Of a stretch of 64,000 nucleotides of DNA, positions 42,326 to 55,497 are shown piece by piece (position 1 is the first letter of the stretch; each line of letters opens with the position of its first letter). Source of the DNA: Eledone cirrhosa (Eukaryota); the NCBI GenBank assembly GCA_964016885.1, contig OZ024743.1, positions 35,836,001-35,900,000 on the forward strand. The letters run 5' to 3'. Under the pieces are notes generated by a model, which saw nothing but the letters and a program-made list of their open reading frames with translations, ran no database searches and was not told the origin of the DNA. A program made the translations under genes and the position numbers.

Positions 42326-42372
42326 TAGATATATAGATATATAGATAGATATATAGATAGATATATAGATAT

Positions 42373-42436
<64 letters not shown>

Positions 42437-43032
42437 GTAGATAACTTTCTTTATTTGCCACAGGGGCGCATGATAGATTGATAGATAGATAGATAAATAG
42501 ATAGATAGATAGATAGATAGAGAAATAATTAGGTTGAGAGAGAGAGAGGGGGTCCGATCCTTTGTCATGCTTTAGACAGGTAAAAACTCCCACGACAGTA
42601 AGTAAAGAAACCTGTTTCAGCTATTATATTTCAATGTCGTGATGAAAAGATATCATTTTGATAGCGTTTCCCTCACGACACTGAAACAGAATACATCCGT
42701 TAGAACGAACTGATCTTTCAGTAAATTAGCTCTATCTATCTATACTCTTTTATTCTTTTACTACTCTCAGTCATAAAACTGAGGCCTTGATTTAGTCGAT
42801 TATATGGACCCAAGTACATACTTTTTTAAGCCTGGCTCTTATTGTATGGAGCTTTTTGTTTAGCTGAACCACTAAGTTACGGAGTATAAACACAGACATA
42901 CATGTAAATATAATTGTTTCTACTTTTGGCAAAAGGCCAGTAATTACCCAGTACATTACTGGTACTTTATTTTATCGACCCCGTAAGGATGAAAGGCAAA
43001 GTTAACCTTGGCGATATAGACACGGACACACA

Positions 43033-43111
<79 letters not shown>

Positions 43112-43116
<5 letters not shown>

Positions 43117-43527
43117 TTGTAATAAAATGAAAACGAAATTTCATTTCTCACTCTTAGTACGGCACTTACTTAAATGTAAGTATGTATGTATACGTACATA
43201 CATATATGTATACAGACGTACAGTAGCATGCATATATATATATATATATATACATACAGGTACACATACATATATGTACGTATCAGTTTAGCGGACGCTT
43301 ATTATAACGCCCGCTTTGCAACCAGAAGGGTATACGGTGCTGATGATAGCTAACAAGCTTGAAACTAGTACATCGTTCCTGTGTCAGTGTTGAACAAAAA
43401 GGTGACGTGGTTGCCTTAACACTGTACGGCATAAATCCAGGCTGTTCAGTTTGTTTACAAACGAACAAAGCGGGCGTTATAATAAGCGTCCGCTAAACTG
43501 ATACGTACATATATGTATGTGTACCTG

Positions 43528-43567
<40 letters not shown>

Positions 43568-43684
43568 TGCTACTGTACGTCTGTATACATATATGTATGT
43601 ACGTATACATACATACTTACATTTAAGTAAGTGCCGTACTAAGAGTGAGAAATGAAATTTCGTTTTCATTTTATTACAACTTAT
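43112..43684. mobile_element. Fold-back element: ~210-bp inverted arms (43112-43318 / 43466-43684) around a 147-bp loop
   Basis: Arms are identical by eye except for the length of an internal (TA)n. Confidence 0.9.
43334..43376 (+). ncRNA. Minimal type I hammerhead ribozyme in the loop of the fold-back element
   Basis: ACGGTG-CTGATGA-T-AGCT(AACA)AGCT-T-GAAA-CTAGT-A-CATCGT: 6-bp stem I, palindromic stem III ACTAGT, GUA triplet. Confidence 0.88.
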
Positions 43685-43755
43685 CGTTCTCGGTACGCCT
43701 GGCCGAACTCACTCGATATGCAAATTAGGCTGCTCAGCCGTTAATTTTCATAAGG

Positions 43756-45776
43756 AATTTTAATTTTAATTTTAATTGTAATTTTAGTCTTAATAATTTT
43801 TAATTCTTTATTTTTTATTTCTTTAATTTTTTATCTCTTTTTTAAAAATTACTTATGTTTTAAAAATTACTTATCTCTTATAAATTATTTTTAAAAAATG
43901 TTCTCAAATTTTTAATATTTTTTCAATATCTTTTATTAGATTTATAACCACTAACTGATTCTGGCTAAATATATCTTTCAACAATTATACTTATTTTGAC
44001 TAAATAGTCTCATACTAACGAATAAATAAACAAAACTGGAGTTTTTCCGTATCTTCCCATTTTAAAATATATAAATATAAATATTCTTATTAACTCAGTT
44101 AATTTAATTTAATTTAACTTAATATTTACTTACATTAAATACAAAACCAATATCCCTCATAACTCATTAAAAAAATTATCTATAACACGATATACCCATC
44201 TATTCATTTATTTATCTATTTATCTATTTATTTATCTATTTATTTATTTATTTATTTATCTAACTACTTATAACAGAAAATATTATATTAGAAACGAATT
44301 TTAAACAACTAATAATCGTAAATACACGTACTATTAGATATATACTTAGAATATATTTCCCCCAAATTAACGTTATATGAGTTTTATTCATCTTCTCTTG
44401 TCTATTTCTTCTCACTATCTCTCTCGTAATATTTTTTTATCTTTATCCCCTTATATTTTTTCTCTCTCTCTTTCTCCAGTGTCATTTAAATAAACGTTTA
44501 TTTTTCAATTATTTACATATTCTTTTGCGTATTCACACATAATTTTGAATAATCCCTAATATATTTCCACTATCCAGTAAATTTCCAACCGATAAGGTAT
44601 GATTTTCATGGGTATGTCTCTATTTATAAAACAAACTTTGTATTTCATCTGATGAAAGCGTACCAATGTTGTCTTGGTTACCCTTGAAATATATATAATA
44701 AAATAAATATGGTTTTATAAATATAGTTTCCATTTATTTAATATCATTGTATATATATATATATATAATTATGTAATAAACAACATAAGACAATTATTGC
44801 ATTTATCAAAGGTGTCACGAAGACAGACGAGCTCACCTAAGACGTCTGAAATCGCTCATCAGAATGAAAATTTAAATTTTCATTAAATTTTGATTCTGAT
44901 TGGCGAATATGCAAATGAATATGTAAATAATTGAAAAACAACCGTTTATTTAAATGACACTGGAGAAAGAGAGAGAGAAGAAATATAAGTGGATAAAGAT
45001 AAAAAATATTACGACAGAGATAGAAAGAAGAAATTAACAAGAGGATGAATAAAACCTCATATAACGTTAATTTTGGGGAAATATATTCTAAGTATATATC
45101 TAATAGTACGTGTATCTACGATTAATTAGTTGTTCAAAATTCTTTTCTAATATAATATTTTCTGTTATAAGTATATAGAAAAATAAATAGATAGAAAATA
45201 AATAAATAAATAAATAGATAAATAGATAAATAGATAAATAGATAAATAAATGAATAGATGGGTATATCGTGTTATAGATAATTGTTTTAATGAGTTATGA
45301 GGGATATTGGTTTTGTATTTAATGTAAGTAAATATTAAGTTAAATTAAATTACGTTAACTGAGTTAATAAGAATATTCATATTTATATATTTTAAAGTGG
45401 GAAGATACGGAAAAAACTCCAGTTTTGTTTATTTATTCGTTAGTATGAGACTATTTAGTCAAAATAAGTATAAATGTTGAAAGATATATTTAGCCAGAAT
45501 TAGTTAGTGGTTATAAATCTAATAAAAGATATTGAAAAAATATTAAAAATTCGAGAAAATCTTTTAAAAAAATAATTTATAAGAGATAAGTAATTTTAAA
45601 AAAATAAGTAATTTTTAAAAATAGATAAAAAAATTAAAGAAATAAAAAATAAAAAATAAAAAATAAAAAATAAAAAATAAAAAATAAAAAATAAAAAATA
45701 AAAAATAAAAAATAAAAAATAAAAAATAAAAAATAAAAAATAAAAAATAAAAAATAAAAAATAAAAAATAAAAAAT

Positions 45777-45813
<37 letters not shown>

Positions 45814-45938
45814 AATAAAAATAAAAATAAAAATAAAAATAAAAAATAAAAAATAAAGAATTAAAAATTATTAAAATTAAAATTAAAATTAAAATTAAAA
45901 TTAAAATTAAAATTAAAATTAAAATTAAAATTAAAATT
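43756..45938. mobile_element. Large AT-rich fold-back element: arms 43756-44534 / 44905-45938, ~370-bp spacer
   Basis: Colinear reverse-complement match over ~780 bp with scattered substitutions. The right arm is expanded by A-rich microsatellites. Confidence 0.88.
44641..44705 (+). ncRNA. Type I hammerhead motif in spacer of the large fold-back
   Basis: TATTTCAT-CTGATGA-AAGCGTACCA..TGGTTACCCTT-GAAA-TATATAT-A-ATAAAATA. Confidence 0.7.
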
Positions 45939-46091
45939 TAAAAAAAATTAGAATTATATATGCATATGTTTTATGAAACTTTAAGAAGTGAAATTATAGC
46001 AAATGTTATAGATATGATTTAGAGATATCAATATATTAAAATCAGTTATAAACAATTATGTTTGTCGGACTTCCAACAAATTAAATACCAC

Positions 46092-46233
<142 letters not shown>

Positions 46234-46669
46234 CATACATGGTGCAACAAGGTAATGGTCAATATGAGAAGTCTTCACAAGAAAATATCTGCTCAGGGTG
46301 TTCTACTGTGGGAATGAATTTGGGAGAACGTAAATGCAGATCGAACTTCTTAAGAACATGACTATACTGCTGCCACCTCGGTCGATATGATGGTTAGTTG
46401 CAATATAACCGGGGTATCTGCCTGATGAATAAGTAGCTCAAGACCAACAGCGGTAAACGACTAGGGGAAATGGTGCAATGGGTGACATCTGTAGCTCCCA
46501 AGAAAAGCTTCACAACCCAGTGATGTAGCTATAAAAAAAGCCTAGTTTTCGCGGGATTGACAAATTACCAGATTGGTGACTGGTGCAAATAAGACCGTCG
46601 CAACTGCAACTGCAATATGGTGAGAGGAACAAAAAAGAACCTCGGTCTCTCTATATAATATATCGTATC

Positions 46670-47908
46670 CTCATCATCATCATCATCATCATCTTCGTTT
46701 AACGTCCATTTTCCACGCTAGCATGGGTTAGACGGGAGTTGTCCCGCTTGAGGCAAGGCTGGTCGGGTGACCGTGTCTCGTTCATATAGGACTATCTGGC
46801 AGGTTTTCTACGGCTGGATGCCCTTCCTAACACCAACCACATTTACTGTGTGGAACTGGGAACTTTTTACCGTATTACCTACACGGCCATATTATAGCGT
46901 GGACTGTGTGTGTTTTTTGTTGTGACACCTACACGATCTCGATCTCATTTTCTCGTGCTGTTGGTGGGAGTGGGAGGATAGGGTAGGGGTAGTGGATTGG
47001 GGTATATATTTGGTTAAGAGGTGCCTACTGACTGTAGGTTTCACTTTGTACATAGGCAAGGCGGGTCTTCTGTATTACTGCGTAGCGCCAAAGATCTCGG
47101 TCCAGAGACATTGTCTTAGAGAGATGTGTGTGAGGTCGGAATTTATCAGTACGTCCCAGGTTTTTCTGGGTGTACCTACTCCGTAACTACCATCAATTTT
47201 GAATTCCCTACACTTTTTTATGCAGCTGTCGTCTTTCATGCGCATCACGTGACCATACCAACGTAGTCTTCTCTCAAATAAACAGCATCTGATCCCTCTT
47301 ATTTCTAATTTCTCACTTAGTTCATTTATGCTTTGCCGTTCACGTATATTACTATTACACATCCAACGGAGCATGCATGCTTCGTTCCTTTCCAGTCTAT
47401 GCAGGTCCTCTGCACGTAATGCCCATGACTCACTGCCATGTAGGATTAGTGTTCGTATACAGGCATCATACTTCCATTTTTAGAGAGAAACCTTTTGTGG
47501 CCAACAGCAGTATAAGCTCTCTGAAATTTTTCCATCCCGTTCTGACTCTGGCTACTGTACTTTCAGAACACCCTCCACCACTGCTGATTTCGTCACCCAG
47601 GTAACGGAAAGTGTCTACTATTTCTATAGAACCATCTGAGCAATAGAAGGAGCTAGTATCCTTTGGACACTTGCTACTTATTGCACCTGAGCATCGGCCA
47701 CATATAAAGTCTACGTTCTTAGATAGTTTACCTGTGATCCCACTACATCTTTTATGTACCCATACTTTGCATTTGGGACATAAAATGGAATTTCTGCCTA
47801 CTCCTTTCCTACACACTGAGCATGGCCATTTCCCTGAGGGCACCTGTGCCCTATTTTCCTTTCTACAAACTAGAACTTGTCTTAGACAAGTTAACTTTAA
47901 GGCCTTTC
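46670..47908 (-). mobile_element. 5'-truncated RTE-type LINE with PHD-like zinc finger inside the RT C-terminal region, (GAT)n tail
   Basis: WPCSVCRKGVGRNSILCPKCKVWVHKRCSG..FICGRC then FRYLGD; MLRWMC..RRLRWYGHVMR..PRKTW. Tail (CAT)n on + at 46670-46695. Confidence 0.85.
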
Positions 47909-47975
<67 letters not shown>

Positions 47976-48298
47976 TACTTGGGGAGGGTCATATTGTTGT
48001 AATAATATTGCCAGAAATAATAACAGAACACACTCACTGTTTGGTTGGTTTTCGCTTCTGTTTCTTTTATATCTCCATAGTTAATTTATTTTGGCAATCA
48101 GTGTTTATCATTGATTGACCAACGGTTAAAAATACAGATATAAATATATATATATATATATACTCTATCAAAGTTCTTTCGTTGCACATCTGCAACATCA
48201 TCAGTGGTACTATTATTACAACAATATGACCCTCTCCAAGTATAACGATATTTATTTTGACACACGATTTCATATAAAAAACCTTGCAAAACAAATTC

Positions 48299-48346
<48 letters not shown>

Positions 48347-48394
48347 TATATATATATATATAGTAATAATAATAAACTTTAATCTGTTATTTTA

Positions 48395-48462
<68 letters not shown>

Positions 48463-48608
48463 ATATATATAATATAAGTTTATCTCGGGTTCAATCGGGA
48501 GTAACCACAGTAAGTAAGGTACTCAATATAAAGCAGAGTATAAATATATAATATAGAAATGCTTCTACAGGACTAGAACTATTTCATTGGGGAGAAATCA
48601 TCAGGAAA

Positions 48609-48655
48609 CTTCCTGATGATTTCTCCCGAATGAAACAGATCTAGTCCTGTAGAAG
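48609..48655 (+). ncRNA. Type I hammerhead in second copy (48471-48662) of the 11008 palindromic family
   Basis: CTTC-CTGATGA-TTTCTCCCGAAT-GAAACAG(ATCTAGTC)CTGT-A-GAAG. Confidence 0.72.
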
Positions 48656-48657
48656 CC

Positions 48658-48802
<145 letters not shown>

Positions 48803-48830
48803 TATCATATATATATATATATGTATATAT

Positions 48831-49007
<177 letters not shown>

Positions 49008-49035
49008 TATCATATATATATATATATGTATATAT

Positions 49036-49078
<43 letters not shown>

Positions 49079-49201
49079 GGAGGTGAGTTTTATTGTAGTA
49101 CAATAAAGCAATGCAGATATCGGATAAGAAGCACTCTACAGTTTGTAGGACTGGAGTATACATAATATATAAGATCAAAAGATGGTTAAAAGAGTTCCAT
49201 G

Positions 49202-49272
49202 TATTTTATTATGCGCATTTCAAAAACAAATATCATCATGCAATAACATTTGTGTTTTCATCAGATAAAATA
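49202..49272 (-). ncRNA. Type I hammerhead, left arm of palindrome 49162-49478
   Basis: Minus: TATTTTAT-CTGATGA-long stem II-GAAA-TGCGCAT-A-ATAAAATA. Perfect 8-bp stem I, palindromic stem III ATGCGCAT. Confidence 0.85.
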
Positions 49273-49367
49273 GGAAGACATGATATGAAGGTTAAAAACA
49301 CTTGTGGATATGTTGATTTAAAACTGCACTATCCACAACTGTTTTTAACCTTCATATCATGTCTTCC

Positions 49368-49438
49368 TATTTCATCTGATGAAAACACAAATGTTATTGC
49401 ATGATGATATTTGTTTTTGAAATGCGCATAATAAAATA
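49368..49438 (+). ncRNA. Type I hammerhead, right arm of palindrome 49162-49478
   Basis: TATTTCAT-CTGATGA-AAACACAAATGTTATTGCATGATGATATTTGTTTTT-GAAA-TGCGCAT-A-ATAAAATA. Confidence 0.82.
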
Positions 49439-49468
49439 AATGGAACTCTTTTAACCATCTTTTGATCT

Positions 49469-49514
<46 letters not shown>

Positions 49515-49600
49515 TTAACTAGCTTGACAAATTTATTGATTTATTGTAGGTCGACTTTGCTTGGCCACAGCCAAAGCTTCGATTTTACTAAGCTTCCACT

Positions 49601-49716
<116 letters not shown>

Positions 49717-50589
49717 CATATATATATATATACATATACATATATATACATATATATATGTATATATATGTATATTTATACATATATATATATATATATA
49801 TTTGTATATATGCACACATACATATGCACATACACACAAACGTACATATATACTTATTTACAAATGTCTATATACCAACATACGTACATACTAATATAAA
49901 TATATGTGTCTATACATGTATACGCGCACGTATACATATACACACATTCACTACACACACACACACACGTATACACACACATACATGCAGATATGTACAT
50001 GTGTGCATGTGTGTAATCAATATGCTAATGTACTATACTAGCATATGTTAGATAACCACCCCTGTACATTAAACGCTTGGGAAGGTAGGGTGTAGTCGGT
50101 ATGGCTAGCATTCTGTTTGAAGTTCTGAAAGGTTAGATTTTTGTGGGAAAACAGACATTCACATGTATGTATGTATGTATGTATGTATGTATTTATTTAT
50201 GTATGTATGTATGCATGTATGTATTTATGCATGTATGTGTGTATGTGCGTATATGCGTATGTATGTATGTATGTATGTATGTATGTATGTATGTATGTAT
50301 GTATGTATTTATGCATGTATGTGTGTATGTGCGTATGTATGTATGTATGTATGTATGTATGCATGTATGTATCTATGCATGTATGTATTTATGTATGTAT
50401 GTATTTATGTATGTATGTATGTGTGTATGTGCGTATGTGTGTATGTATGTATGCATGTATGTATGGATGTATGTATGTATACGCATGCGTGTACATATAT
50501 ATACATGTATATGTGTGTGTATGTGTGTATGTGAGCGTGTGCATTTGTATTTGTATTTATATAAATTAGGCGGTAAATAGAGAGATAGG

Positions 50590-50633
<44 letters not shown>

Positions 50634-50639
50634 TTTCTG

Positions 50640-50716
<77 letters not shown>

Positions 50717-50728
50717 GAGAGAGAGATG

Positions 50729-50797
<69 letters not shown>

Positions 50798-50899
50798 GCA
50801 GAGCGCTAAGAGCGTTAGAGAATAAGTTGAATGAAATAAAATGTATTTCGGATATTCTTTGTCTGTAATTGCAATTATGACAAATATACTTTATGACTA

Positions 50900-51038
<139 letters not shown>

Positions 51039-51258
51039 TATTATATACACATGTGTATACAAACATACATATATAAATACATACATACACATTTACATTA
51101 TACACACATACACACATACACACATACACACACATATATATATACACGTATGTATACTTACATGCATACATATATACATACATGCATATATACATACATG
51201 CATACATGCATACATACACATATACATACATGCATAATACATACATACATATATGCGT

Positions 51259-51388
<130 letters not shown>

Positions 51389-51765
51389 GATGGCTGCCCC
51401 CTCGTTATCGAGTATGGCCATTGCATGATATACCATTATTAATAATTATTAATTAATTCTATCGTGAAATGCCTATGCGTGAAGATATTTTTTAAAGTGA
51501 GGAAAGACTGTGCACTGAGCCAATCCCACTCTCTGAGCGACAGTAGCTATAACCTGTAAAGAAGAAGAGATCAACATCATCGGTAACCACTGAGCCGCAG
51601 GTTTTATATTGGAGTTATCCCAGTTTCCTGAGATACCTTCTCCTAGAAGAATGCTCTGACAAAGGCTAGGGGTCCTTCACTACAAGTGGTTTAACGTGCG
51701 GTACATATGTATATACATATTTACACACATTTGGATGGCCGTTGACTCTTATGATTTCTTCCGCC

Positions 51766-51769
<4 letters not shown>
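51389..51769 (-). mobile_element. Truncated copy of the (ATGT)n-tailed SINE-like family; inverted match to 56860-57208
   Basis: Reverse-complement match, with ~35 extra bp. Confidence 0.8.
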
Positions 51770-51816
<47 letters not shown>

Positions 51817-51819
<3 letters not shown>

Positions 51820-52690
51820 GGTGCGGACGATATTTGTTCGCAAGATTACTCTCTAGGAAAAAAATAACACACTTTTATTTTTTAAGATATATTTATCAAA
51901 CTTGGGTCAGTTTGTCCTCATGACTTACTCTTTCGATCTCACTGGATAAACCCGCCATTGGCTTTGATGACGGCCTCTAGGCCGCGTCGGAACCGGCTAC
52001 AGGCCTTCGTCACTGTCCCCTGACTTAGGCCCCTAAAGGCACTTGTGATCCTGGCCTTCAGATTGTCTTTCGTATTGCAGCTAGATCTGTTGGTGTCTCG
52101 TTTCACTGCCTCCCACACAAAGATATCGAGGGGGTTGCAGTCAGGCGAGCTAGGAGGCCAGATGTCAGGTGAAGTATGGTCGACGAAGTTCTCTGACAGC
52201 CAGGCTTGGGTCTTTCGGCTGGTATGACAGGGCGCCGAGTCTTGCTGCCACACGTACGGACTACCCTCAGCTACCTGGTCGATCCAGGGCTTTACTACCT
52301 CGCTCAGAACGCGGATGTAGCCATCGGTGTTCAGCTTGAGGCCCTCAAGGAAGAGGTGAGGTGGCATGACGTCACCTTGACTGCTGACGACACCTAAGAC
52401 CAATGTTGTTGCTGGAAACTTTGTCTGCATGACTCTGGGCACGTCTTTGGATTAGACAGCGAGCCACCTGATCTTCTGCTCTTATTTGTCCTCCCGGCGC
52501 GGATTCCAAGAAGAACTCCGTGTCTCTTCCACAAATTTGGAGGTTCAAAATTATTCATAATCAATTATTCTGAAAATAAATAATGGAAATATAGTCACTG
52601 TTTTTATGAGGACAAGAGTGACAACGGAAGTAAAAAATTTTGCATAAAATTACCAGTTGAAAATTGCGAACAAATATCGTCCACACCGTG
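51817..52690 (-). mobile_element. Internally deleted Tc1/mariner DD37D (maT-type) transposon
   Basis: TIRs CAGGGTGCGGACGATATTTGTTCGCAA / TTGCGAACAAATATCGTCCACACCGTG within (TA)n. ORF 51939-52442 has QQD-37aa-D (WPPSSPDCNPLD). Confidence 0.92.
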
Positions 52691-52756
<66 letters not shown>

Positions 52757-52928
52757 ATGATATTAAATAAATGGAAACTATATTTATAAAACCATATTTA
52801 TTCTATTATATATATTTCAAGGGTACCAATATTTTGGTACGCTATCATCAGATAACATACGAAGTGTGTCTTATAAATTTTGACATAACCAAGGAGAATA
52901 TACCTCAACGGTTCAAGTTATCCTTGGA

Positions 52929-55409
52929 CTATCCAAGGATACGTTTCAAGTAAAGGCGGTCTATGTCACTGTTGATGTGGAAGTTTCCGGTGTTGTTTAG
53001 CATTTTTCGAGTTCCAACATCAACTGCTCGGATTTCGTCTATCGTCCAATTGAGTATTCCAAACGTTGGTGTTAGAACAGGCACAGCAAACACATTGTGA
53101 GCCACTGTTTTGTTTTGCGGAGAGAGTTCCGATGACCAGATCTTTCTTAATCGGATGTAGTATTCCCTGGTTACGCGTTCTTTATTACAGATACCATTAT
53201 AGGATATGTTCTCATCTATCCCCAGGTATCTGTAGCAGTCCTCATCAGATATCAGTGAAACAGTTAGGCCATTGATGACAATGTTGCTAGATTGGGTTGT
53301 TGTTTTTCCCCGCTTTACAGTCATGTATGAGCATTTATCTTGGCCAAACTCCATTCCTGTATCCTTTGAGAACGTTGTAACCAGGTCCAGATTTTTCTTC
53401 ATCCCATCCATGTTCTTGGCATAGAGTTTCAGATCGTCCACAAAGAAATTATGGGTTAGGTTCGTATTTCTGTCCTCCTGTGAGCCAATGATGTATCCCT
53501 CACATTTCTTGAGTAGAAAGGACAAGGGGTTTAATGACAAGGTGAATAATATCACAGAGAGACTGTCCCCCTGAAATATACACCTGCGATATTTTATTTT
53601 ATCAGTGAAAATAAAGTCCTCCGTCTCTGTCTTTAACCTTAGTTGTTCAGCACATCCACAAACCCCTTTCTTTCCAGCTGCTTGTTCATCTGTGATGATG
53701 TTATTATTTTCACAGTAATCTTGGAGGAATAAGTTCAGACAGACTGTATACATCTTATACATCAAGTTCTGGCATGCAATGGGTCGGTAGTTTTTTGCCA
53801 AGTGGGTGTCTTTGTTCTTGGGGACCAGTAATGTTTGTGCTAATGTCAACCATTCTGGTATAAGTGTATCTCCCTTAAGAACTTGTTGGTAGAGGTCAGT
53901 AAGATACCTCCGATAGAATATCAGTTTTTTGTACCAGTAGCCGACAATCATGTCTCTTTCTGGTGTTTTCTTATGTTGGAGTTTTCCTATCACAGTTTCA
54001 AGGGTACCCTCACTTATTTCGTATATTTTTGTTGTAGTGTAGGAGCATTAGTTCTTTCGGATTTCTCTAACCACACTGCATCTTGGTTGAAATTCTTCTT
54101 TTCACCCCAAAAGGAATCTATGTCTTTCTGAGATGGGGCCTCAGTGACACTTATTATTTTGCCCTTTATATCTCTATAGACTGATGTTTGGTTTCGTCTG
54201 AATCTTTTATTAAACACTTTTCTCTCATCTACCTTCTTCAGGTATCGACGTTTTTCGCTAACAGCTCTCAATTCTTGTTTGGAGTCTCTATTTTATTGTT
54301 CACTCTTTGTTGGTGAGGAGTGAGGTTTTTCTGTGTTTGTTTGCATGTAAGGCGCATTGTCACATATCCTATATTTTTTCGTAGGTCAGCAATCTTTTTT
54401 TCTATTTTAGTTATATATGATGGTATTTTTGGTGGAGTTCTGTTCTTGTTAATATCTCTGCTATCACCAAGATAATGCTTCACTGTCGTTGCTAAGGCAT
54501 ATAAACAGGCGTTGATTTGCCAAAATGTTGGGGTTTTTATCTGTCGTAAATATTCATCCCCTATTTCTTTAATAACACGTAATATTTCATTATTTGGTTT
54601 TTTATTAAACATTGACGTTTTAATACGTTCAGCAAGAGAGATATTTATACATGAATTCATTTCTCTCTAGAAGATTTCGTTGAGGGAAAATTTCAATTGT
54701 TTATACTTTTGATTATTATCATTATCGATAGTATTTTCCACAACAGTCGAGGTAGACTCGGATGGTACACGTGGTGTCAAATTTCTTGGATTATTATTAT
54801 TTCTTCGATTATTATTATTATCGATAGTGTTTTCCCCAGCATTCGAGGTAGACTTAGATGGTACAAGTGGTGTCAAGTTTCTTACAGGCATAGTTGTTTC
54901 AAGGCACTGTTCGACCTAGCTGCTAGGAGTTCTAGTAGCATGGCGACCTGTAGCACGTGTTGTTGATCCCATGTTTGGTGTGAGGGACTTACAATTAATA
55001 ACATTTATCTTATTTTTACGTTCAACAAACGTCGCTTGTTGGCGTAATTGTTTCGCTGTGATATAATTTAGCTCTGGGTGTATTTCGTCCCAGTGTAGCT
55101 TCATTCCGTTCATATAGCCAATGGAGGGATTGTTTTTTGCCATTTTATAACAATTAAATAAATCATTATTAAGTTCGCAACTCCAAGAGAAATGCGATTT
55201 ATAATTTCGGTTTCTTCTGTAGCTACAACTGTATAAAGTTTGTTTACCTTCCTTGTTATTTGTCTTCGGTACTTCCTTAATTTTGTTGTTGATGTTTTGT
55301 TCAGCCATGCTGTTTGTAGCAAATCCTTGTAAAATGAATTATGTATTTAGTCGGATATCTCTACGAATTCGAATAAAAGGTGTCTTCAGAAGATATAGTT
55401 ATCTGACTG

Positions 55410-55412
<3 letters not shown>
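52929..55412 (-). mobile_element. Decayed R4/Dong-clade LINE, 5' UTR through RT (internal deletions; REL 3' end absent)
   Basis: N-terminal W..GYM..M..HW...HPE...T.KQLRQQ motif; NYRPIAC, EQAAG, IFQGDSLS, FFVDDLKLY, YRYLG. Confidence 0.85.
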
Positions 55413-55441
<29 letters not shown>

Positions 55442-55497
55442 TGTATGTATGTATGTATGTATGTATGTATGTATGTATGTATGTATGTATGTATTAT

